This document shows, in pieces, positions 50,024-55,330 of a stretch of 55,330 nucleotides of DNA. Location: IMG/VR virus record IMGVR_UViG_3300003267_000247, positions 1-55,330 of that record, one strand, 5' to 3'. Position 1 is the stretch's first letter, and each line of letters opens with the position of its first letter. Position numbers and translations under genes: made by a program. Under the pieces are notes generated by a model that was not told the DNA's origin, did not search any database, and saw nothing but the letters and a program-made list of their open reading frames with translations. Origin of the DNA: a virus. Its lineage: Duplodnaviria; Caudoviricetes.

Positions 50024-50066
50024 TAGAACAGTTTACCGGTTAAGATACTGAAACCGTGGTTTTTAT

Positions 50067-50140
50067 ACTTGCATAGTTGAATGGCAAAACAGTTGCTTGG
50101 TAAGTAACAAACATAGGTTCGATTCCTATTGCAAGTGCCA
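50067..50140 (+). tRNA. tRNA-Thr(GGT)
   Basis: ACUUGCA/UGCAAGU acceptor, GUUGC-UUGGUAA-GUAAC, AUAGG-UUCGAUU-CCUAU, encoded CCA. Confidence 0.9.
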
Positions 50141-50227
50141 ATAAAGAGAGGATTACGATCATGTGCAATAGCTAGATAACGCTTTTATGAATGAATGATA
50201 TTAGTTACTTAGTGAAAAGGAATCATA

Positions 50228-50494
50228 ATGCAGGGTCGTAAGTTGACAGCAGATGAAGTTCAGGCAATCGAGTCAAAGGAAGTGCGTAAGCATGGTGTTC
50301 GTAGCGCACTAGCGGCTGAATACGATCAGCTTGTTGCTGGTTACGAAAGCGGTGAATACGGTGAAGTTACCCTAAATACAGGCGAGAACAAGCTTACCGT
50401 ACGCAAGCATATCAATGCCGCGTTCAAGCGTCGTGATCAGGCAGTAACATGGAATCGCGCAAAGGGCGATACTCTGCGTTTCCGTGTTGCGTAG
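50228..50494 (+). CDS. small basic hypothetical protein
   Basis: 88 aa, AAAGGA SD; from memory resembles small Chloroflexota proteins (unverified). Confidence 0.75.
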   Translation: MQGRKLTADEVQAIESKEVRKHGVRSALAAEYDQLVAGYESGEYGEVTLNTGENKLTVRKHINAAFKRRDQAVTWNRAKGDTLRFRVA

Positions 50495-50576
50495 GTAGAA
50501 ATCTTTCTAAAAGCGCATCAAGGGCTGATCCTACATTGTAGGCTATATGCGTAAAAAGCCCTTGAAAGGTAATGAT

Positions 50577-50786
50577 ATGTCTTTTTGGCAAGTATACATC
50601 GGTATTGTTGTTGTTACTACAATCATTGATTTATTCTATACGCTTGCATCAACAGGCCCAAAGTATACGGATTATCATAATGCAACAATGTGGCGGCGCT
50701 TTTGGGTAGCTATGTTTTTGCGCCCTATTGTTGTTTTTATTGTTGCTGTGATAGTTAAAGGCATTTATCTTGTGGTTAGTGCATAA
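50577..50786 (+). CDS. small two-TM membrane protein (start ATG 50577)
   Basis: GAAAGGT SD; two hydrophobic segments. Confidence 0.65.
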   Translation: MSFWQVYIGIVVVTTIIDLFYTLASTGPKYTDYHNATMWRRFWVAMFLRPIVVFIVAVIVKGIYLVVSA

Positions 50787-50787
50787 T

Positions 50788-50870
50788 GGGGTATAAATGG
50801 CGTCGATTGTGTCTTAAAGCCCTATAAGGGACGATGCAAGACTAGAGTTCGATTCTCTAATACTCCACCA
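50788..50870 (+). ncRNA. tmRNA tRNA-like-domain-only RNA (mini-tmRNA, 83 nt)
   Basis: GGGGUAU/AUACUCC acceptor with G3.U70 + ACCA; stemless D loop AAAUGGCGUCGA; helix UUGUGUC/GAUGCAA; GAC linker; T arm UAGAG-UUCGAUU-CUCUA. Confidence 0.8.
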
Positions 50871-50976
50871 TAAAGCTCTGTAATGCTGTATATCGACATA
50901 AGCGAATCCTGTATACGCGTAAATGAAGTAGTGTGTACAGGTAGGCGAAAACGTTATACAGCATTACAGAGCTTTA
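50871..50976 (+). ncRNA. long hairpin element closed by a 22-bp perfect inverted repeat
   Basis: 50871-50892 pairs with 50955-50976; inner 11-bp stem 50908-50918/50931-50941 with two G.U pairs. Confidence 0.55.
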
Positions 50977-51009
50977 AGCACGTAGACTCTACAAGCAAGG
51001 AAAATAATC

Positions 51010-51249
51010 ATGATTATAATGAAGCAGTTGCTTTATATGCCGATGCCAGCATTTAAACAGTACCTTGATATGTTAAGCGATCGAGAACGCATTGCATTAC
51101 AAATCATAATAGACGAAATTGAGCGGCGAATGGAACTAGAGGGCCGCAGAATCATGAACGATGAAGAGGCTAACTTGGTTGTACCAGATGTACCACAGTC
51201 TGCATACGAACTTTTAGGCTTGCAGACGCCAAACGTTTTAGGTACTTGA
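51010..51249 (+). CDS. hypothetical protein
   Basis: 79 aa, AAGGA SD. Confidence 0.65.
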   Translation: MIIMKQLLYMPMPAFKQYLDMLSDRERIALQIIIDEIERRMELEGRRIMNDEEANLVVPDVPQSAYELLGLQTPNVLGT

Positions 51250-51274
51250 CAGCGGCAAAAAGTCATGGTATAAT
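51246..51274 (+). promoter_or_regulatory. perfect sigma70 promoter TTGACA-17-TATAAT with extended -10 TG
   Basis: Exact consensus; heads the pseudoknot / tRNA / CAGCA-motif / DUF2828 unit. Confidence 0.88.
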
Positions 51275-51294
51275 GCGGCTGTATTAAAAATACA

Positions 51295-51377
51295 TTGCAG
51301 TACGACAGAATTAGTCAAACTGGCTGAATATAATAATAAGCCCTACTGTACTGCGATTATCAACAAAGTAGGGCTTA
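51295..51377 (+). ncRNA. predicted pseudoknotted RNA
   Basis: UUGCAGUAC/GUACUGCGA crossed with UAAGCCCUACU/AGUAGGGCUUA, plus a hairpin at 51311-51327. Confidence 0.55.
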
Positions 51378-51382
51378 CATAT

Positions 51383-51458
51383 ACAGGATGAAGTGTAATG
51401 GTTCTGCACCTGTCGTTTGGGGCGATATAGAGGGGTTCGATTCCCACATCTTGTACCA
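51383..51458 (+). tRNA. tRNA-Pro(TGG), irregular T stem/acceptor register
   Basis: ACAGGAUG/CAUCUUGU, GUGU/GCAC D stem, UGUCG-UUUGGGG-CGAUA, GGG-UUCGAUU-CCC, ACCA. Confidence 0.78.
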
Positions 51459-51516
51459 AAGATACTAACAGCAAACATAAAATTTTTTAACTTGATAAAA
51501 AACGAAAGGTATCTTG
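51459..51516 (+). ncRNA. CAGCA stem-loop motif, copy 1
   Basis: AAGAUACU/GGUAUCUU stem, AACAGCAAAC, inner U6A/UA6 hairpin. Confidence 0.65.
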
Positions 51517-51522
51517 CTTACT

Positions 51523-51762
51523 ATGCTAGAAGAAGTAATCGTTATTGTTATTGAAATAACTTTACACGAATCGTACAATGTGCCAGACACAATCTTTACT
51601 GTTACCGGCGTTAGTAGCGAAGGTTATTACGTTAATCCACGTGTATATCGTGTAGCCGGTATTCAAGATCGTTATTTTTTGCGACATCATTATCAGTTAC
51701 CCTATCCTGTAAAGTTAACGGTATCAGGCGATACCGTTTTAATAATGGAATCAATCAAATAA
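51523..51762 (+). CDS. hypothetical protein (start uncertain)
   Basis: Open frame filling the gap between motif 1 and tRNA-Trp; no clear SD. Confidence 0.45.
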   Translation: MLEEVIVIVIEITLHESYNVPDTIFTVTGVSSEGYYVNPRVYRVAGIQDRYFLRHHYQLPYPVKLTVSGDTVLIMESIK

Positions 51763-51766
51763 ATAT

Positions 51767-51841
51767 GCGTCCTTAGTTCTAATGGTAAAACCTCTGTCTC
51801 CAAAACGGATGATACCTGTTCGATTCGGGTAGGACGTGCCA
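51767..51841 (+). tRNA. tRNA-Trp(CCA)
   Basis: GCGUCCU/AGGACGU, UCUGU-CUCCAAA-ACGGA, ACCUG-UUCGAUU-CGGGU, G-CCA. Confidence 0.92.
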
Positions 51842-51849
51842 TAAACATA

Positions 51850-51916
51850 AAGATGGTAACAGCAAACAACTTTATCAGTTATTTTTGCAAAATAAACACG
51901 ATGAAATCCCATCTTG
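51850..51916 (+). ncRNA. CAGCA stem-loop motif, copy 2
   Basis: AAGAUGG/CCAUCUU stem, UAACAGCAAAC, inner UUAUU-UUUGCAA-AAUAA hairpin. Confidence 0.65.
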
Positions 51917-51919
51917 TTA

Positions 51920-51953
51920 AAGATTATTCAGCAGTATTATACATATAATCTTG
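51920..51953 (+). ncRNA. CAGCA stem-loop motif, copy 3 (minimal), abutting the DUF2828 SD
   Basis: AAGAUUAU/AUAAUCUU stem, UCAGCAG loop, then AAAGGA SD and ATG 51968. Confidence 0.6.
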
Positions 51954-51967
51954 AAAGGAAACTTCAC

Positions 51968-53473
51968 ATGAACAAACTCCTAGAAGCATTGCAAGTTGAT
52001 TTTAACTATACTCGTACCGAAAACGGCGCATTGACGTATCGTAGCACGCTAGATGCGGTGCTTGATTTTTATTACCACGCACCAGCTAAACGCGGGCAAA
52101 ACCAAGAGATTATTGATCTTTTTATGCGTGCGTTTGCAGAAGATCCTGTACTCGCACTGAAAGCTTTATTCTACTTGCGTGATGTGCGTAATGGGCAAGG
52201 TGAACGTGATTCATTCCGCGCCGTATTTACATGGCTTGCACAGAACTATACAAATGTATTTAATGCGCTTGTACCGCTTGTACCAGAGTACGGACGTTGG
52301 GATGACTTAACTGATTTATTCGTTGATCAGCCAACCGTTGCACAGTTTGTACGCGCTACACTGTTTAATGATTTTGATGCGTATCGCAAAGATGGTAACA
52401 TTTCTTTGCTTGCAAAATGGATGCCATCAGTAAACGCAGGCAAAGCAGCAAAGAAAATTGGCCGCAAATGGGCTAAAGCACTTGGTTTAACTGAACCACA
52501 GTACCGCCATTTGCTATCAACTCTACGTGGTAAGTTAAATCTTGTTGAAACAGCAATGACAAGTCAGCAGTGGAATGAGATCGAGTACGCACATGTACCA
52601 TCTCGCGCAGCGTTGCTGTATCGCAAGGCATTTAGCAAGCATGATGCTGATCGTTACGTAGCATACCTTGAAGCTGTAAAAGCAGGTAAAACAAAGATCA
52701 ATGCCGGTACACTGTATCCATACGATCTTGTACGTAACTATTCAACATATTTTATTGGTTACGATAGAAGCAGCAGAAAGATCGATGAAACGGTAGAAGC
52801 ACAATGGAAAGCATTACCTGATTATCTGGCAGGTTCAGAAGAAAACATTCTTGTGGCAGCCGATGTATCAGGATCAATGTTTACGGGCGCATCTATGCAA
52901 CCAATTGATGTAAGTGTCTCGCTTGCTATTTACGCAGCGCAGCGTAATCATGGTGCGTTCAAAAACGTATTCATGACATTTACAGATAAACCAAAATTGG
53001 TTTCTTTGTCAAATAACGGCACGTTACTACATCATGTTATGGAAGTTTTTCGAGATGTAGGATATAACACAGATATTCAGAGAATGTTTGATGTATTGCT
53101 TTCAACCGCAGTATTGCGTCATGTACCTGTAGAAGATATGCCAACAAAGTTCTTTGTTATTTCCGATATGGAGTTTGATAGTGGTAATGTTGGCGGCAAT
53201 CGCACAAATTTTGAGTTAATCAAAGCAAAGTACGCTCGCGCAGGATATCCAATGCCTACGCTTGTATTTTGGAATGTTGCAAGCCGTGGTAAGCAAACGC
53301 CGGTAACAAAAGATGAGCGTGGTGTATATCTGGTATCAGGGGCATCTCCAAGCATCTTTACCGCAGCATTGAATACCAAAGCAGTAACACCAACTGATTT
53401 GATGAAAGATGTGCTAAATAGTAATCGTTACGCAGCAATCGAGGAAGCCTTGATTACTACAGGTATTGTATAA
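51968..53473 (+). CDS. DUF2828-family protein (TROVE/Ro60-like helical domain + vWA/MIDAS domain), 501 aa
   Basis: TENGA, FYLRDVRNGQGER, YGRWDDL, AKWMPS, VPSRA, TLYPYDLV, DVSGSM (DxSxS), SDMEFD, FWNV. Confidence 0.88.
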   Translation: MNKLLEALQVDFNYTRTENGALTYRSTLDAVLDFYYHAPAKRGQNQEIIDLFMRAFAEDPVLALKALFYLRDVRNGQGERDSFRAVFTWLAQNYTNVFNALVPLVPEYGRWDDLTDLFVDQPTVAQFVRATLFNDFDAYRKDGNISLLAKWMPSVNAGKAAKKIGRKWAKALGLTEPQYRHLLSTLRGKLNLVETAMTSQQWNEIEYAHVPSRAALLYRKAFSKHDADRYVAYLEAVKAGKTKINAGTLYPYDLVRNYSTYFIGYDRSSRKIDETVEAQWKALPDYLAGSEENILVAADVSGSMFTGASMQPIDVSVSLAIYAAQRNHGAFKNVFMTFTDKPKLVSLSNNGTLLHHVMEVFRDVGYNTDIQRMFDVLLSTAVLRHVPVEDMPTKFFVISDMEFDSGNVGGNRTNFELIKAKYARAGYPMPTLVFWNVASRGKQTPVTKDERGVYLVSGASPSIFTAALNTKAVTPTDLMKDVLNSNRYAAIEEALITTGIV

Positions 53474-53500
53474 GTTAAAAACATGTTTCTTTAATATAAC

Positions 53501-53548
53501 GAATAGATGGACAATGCTAACTGTGAGGGAGGTTTTGTCCATCTATTC
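53501..53548 (+). terminator. 14-bp inverted repeat; terminator or processing hairpin after DUF2828
   Basis: GAATAGATGGACAA/TTGTCCATCTATTC; only a short U tract. Confidence 0.5.
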
Positions 53549-53572
53549 TTATATCCCTCAATTGGGAGTTAC

Positions 53573-54637
53573 ATGAAGAAAACTCTATTCGCTCTCTTGA
53601 TTGCAGTTCTTATGCTAACTGTACAGCCAGCACAAGCAGCAACATGGAATCCGTATAGAGGCATTTGGTTAACACGCACAGAGCTAGACTCGTTACCAAT
53701 GTCAGGATCAGGATGGAATCACGTTGTTTCGGTTGCTAACGGCAGTTGGGGCACGCCTAACATTAGTGATCAGGATAGTAAGCATGACACAAATGTACTT
53801 GGGGGCGCTTTATACGCTGCTCGTACAGGTAATGCTACCATACGTACAAAAACAGCTAATGCGATTATGAGTGCCATTGGTACCGAAGATGATGGTAGAC
53901 AGCTTGCACTTGGTAGAAATATGGTTGGATATGTTATTGCTGCCGATCTTATTAACTTACCCGCGTATGATGCTGCAAAAGGGACAAAGTTTGCAAGTTG
54001 GATTAGTGGTTTGCGTACACGTATTATTGGACAGTGTGATAACTTAATCCGTTGTCATAATAACCGACCGAATAATTGGGGTACACATGCTGGTAGTTCT
54101 CGTATTGCAATAGATGCATATCTTAACGATCGCACTGAGTTAGCATTAGCGGCCAAAACGTTTAAAGGTTGGTTAGGCGATCGATCAACATATGCAGGAT
54201 TTAAATACGGCGAGTTAAGTTGGCAATGTACATCAACCGCACCAGTAGGCATTAATCGTGCCGATTGTGGTGAAAAGTCAAGTATTTTACCTGATGATAT
54301 GCGTCGCGGCGGCTCATTCCAAATTCCACCCAAACCAACGAACTATCCATGGGCTGCATTAGAAGGTGTTGTTATCCAAGCTGAGTTACTTTCACGGCAG
54401 GGGTATCCTGCATGGGATTGGGGATTTAATAATCTAAATGATAAAGCAATCAAACGCGCGCTTTTGAAGTTAGCCGAGCTAGATCGTCGTTTCCCTGGTA
54501 ATAACTGGTGGGCAACTGGTGATGATGTAGCTACCGTATGGGTAGCACAACATGCATATCATGCTGGCTTTAGAACGGTTACACCTGTTCGTGCTGGTAA
54601 ATCAATAGACTTTACTGATTGGACGCATAATAGATAA
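53573..54637 (+). CDS. secreted alginate-lyase-like (alpha/alpha toroid) polysaccharide lyase (start ATG 53573)
   Basis: Sec signal MKKTLFALLIAVLMLTVQPAQA, YVIAADLI, RPNNWGTH, DDMRRG..NYPW motifs; GGGAG SD. Confidence 0.68.
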   Translation: MKKTLFALLIAVLMLTVQPAQAATWNPYRGIWLTRTELDSLPMSGSGWNHVVSVANGSWGTPNISDQDSKHDTNVLGGALYAARTGNATIRTKTANAIMSAIGTEDDGRQLALGRNMVGYVIAADLINLPAYDAAKGTKFASWISGLRTRIIGQCDNLIRCHNNRPNNWGTHAGSSRIAIDAYLNDRTELALAAKTFKGWLGDRSTYAGFKYGELSWQCTSTAPVGINRADCGEKSSILPDDMRRGGSFQIPPKPTNYPWAALEGVVIQAELLSRQGYPAWDWGFNNLNDKAIKRALLKLAELDRRFPGNNWWATGDDVATVWVAQHAYHAGFRTVTPVRAGKSIDFTDWTHNR

Positions 54638-54647
54638 AAGGTAGTAT

Positions 54648-54776
54648 ATGGCATTTTTGTTCAGACAGCATTGGATTTTTCATGAGGTTATTTTATTCGT
54701 TACAGGTTATCGAATAGTTAAAATAACTGGCGATGGGCCAGATAAATACATTTGGTCTGATCATTATCCATTATAA
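54648..54776 (+). CDS. small hypothetical protein (42 aa, not in ORF track)
   Basis: AAAGGT SD; MAFLFRQHWIFHEVILFVTGYRIVKITGDGPDKYIWSDHYPL. Confidence 0.5.
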   Translation: MAFLFRQHWIFHEVILFVTGYRIVKITGDGPDKYIWSDHYPL

Positions 54777-54823
54777 CTAGAAACTGTGCGGGGCGATTAT
54801 AGTATCAAACCGCACAGTGTTAA

Positions 54824-54898
54824 TGCAGAATCAGCTAATAGGTAGGCTGTCATTCTCTGAAAGTGATCATACAGGTTCGAGTCCTGTTTCTGCAACCA
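54824..54898 (+). tRNA. tRNA-Gln(CTG)
   Basis: UGCAGAA/UUCUGCA, UCAUU-CUCUGAA-AGUGA, ACAGG-UUCGAGU-CCUGU, A-CCA. Confidence 0.92.
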
Positions 54899-55014
54899 AC
54901 TACAATGCCCCTGTAACACCGCAGGACGGCTTCAGAGCGATGATAGCAAAAAAGTGGTATCAGGGTATGGCAAGACTCGCAGAATGGCGCACACAGCGTT
55001 AACTAAATCTTAAC

Positions 55015-55043
55015 TTGACACAGTACATGAATGGGTGTATAAT
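55015..55043 (+). promoter_or_regulatory. sigma70 promoter TTGACA-17-TATAAT
   Basis: Exact consensus hexamers. Confidence 0.85.
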
Positions 55044-55069
55044 CAGGGAAATGAAAGGACATAAATATC

Positions 55070-55330
55070 ATGATACTGAACGCAATCCCTGATCACAAAC
55101 TGGTGTACCGTAACATTCTTATAGGTGAACTAGCCTATATTGAACGTGATACCAACCTGTTGTTTGTACCGTTCGTGGAAGAGATTTGGCGCAACATGAA
55201 AACTGGTCAACACATTCGTGTGCTGGCAAATAATCGGCATCGCTATAATGTCAAATCGCCCTATTTCAAGAATCATTTTCGGAAGGTATCGTTAATATGG
55301 TCTTTACTTTTTAGTGCAGATCCAAAGACA
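55070..55330 (+). CDS. hypothetical protein, truncated by window end
   Basis: AAAGGA SD; 87 open codons to the edge. Confidence 0.65.
   Translation, partial: MILNAIPDHKLVYRNILIGELAYIERDTNLLFVPFVEEIWRNMKTGQHIRVLANNRHRYNVKSPYFKNHFRKVSLIWSLLFSADPKT

Noticed and set aside
50788-50870. Reading the mini-tmRNA as tRNA-Leu(TAA) via CUUAAAG
   Set aside because: No anticodon stem flanks that loop and no D stem exists; tmRNA TLD features fit better
51459-51953. CAGCA repeats as a CRISPR array
   Set aside because: Only short flanks are conserved, spacing is irregular, stems covary like RNA structure, and no cas operon is present (the 3351-4118 nuclease is a typical phage exonuclease)
54728-54770. Fluoride riboswitch (GGCGATGG)
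   Set aside because: Lacks the rest of the consensus and lies inside a plausible 42-codon ORF
54900-55000. Possible Y-RNA or tRNA-like element after tRNA-Gln
   Set aside because: Only weak, interrupted pairing (CCCTG/CAGGG); no convincing T arm or CCA
1-55330. Alternative genetic code, diversity-generating retroelement or lysogeny module
   Set aside because: Genes read intact in the standard code once introns are removed; no suppressor tRNA, reverse transcriptase, TR/VR pair or integrase seen in this window

Overview
This window is a 55.3-kb piece of a tailed dsDNA phage genome (siphovirus-like). No integrase, repressor or host genes are visible. The host may be a Chloroflexota bacterium, but that is a weak inference. 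The minus-strand arm (1-38.2 kb) carries replication and nucleotide genes (ThyX, phosphoesterase, exonuclease, HAD nucleotidase, RecA/UvsX, PolA, resolvase, DnaB, primase, SSB), a glycosyltransferase, and tail and head genes. The plus-strand arm (38.7-55.3 kb) carries dUTPase, class II RNR, terminase, portal, a lysis cassette, a dense non-coding RNA island, a DUF2828 (TROVE-like/vWA) gene and a secreted polysaccharide-lyase-like gene. Selfish elements are two group I introns with homing endonucleases (splice sites derived by hand from P1/P10 pairing), an intein in the terminase Walker A motif, and two free-standing homing endonucleases. The most interesting region is 49.7-53.5 kb. It holds an 83-nt RNA that looks like a tmRNA tRNA-like domain with no mRNA-like domain. 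It also holds three covarying AAGAU..CAGCA..AUCUUG stem-loops alternating with tRNAs just upstream of the Ro60-like DUF2828 gene, plus further pseudoknots and hairpins. Together these are a candidate undescribed phage RNA/protein system. All calls come from reading the sequence by eye; no searches or folding programs were run.
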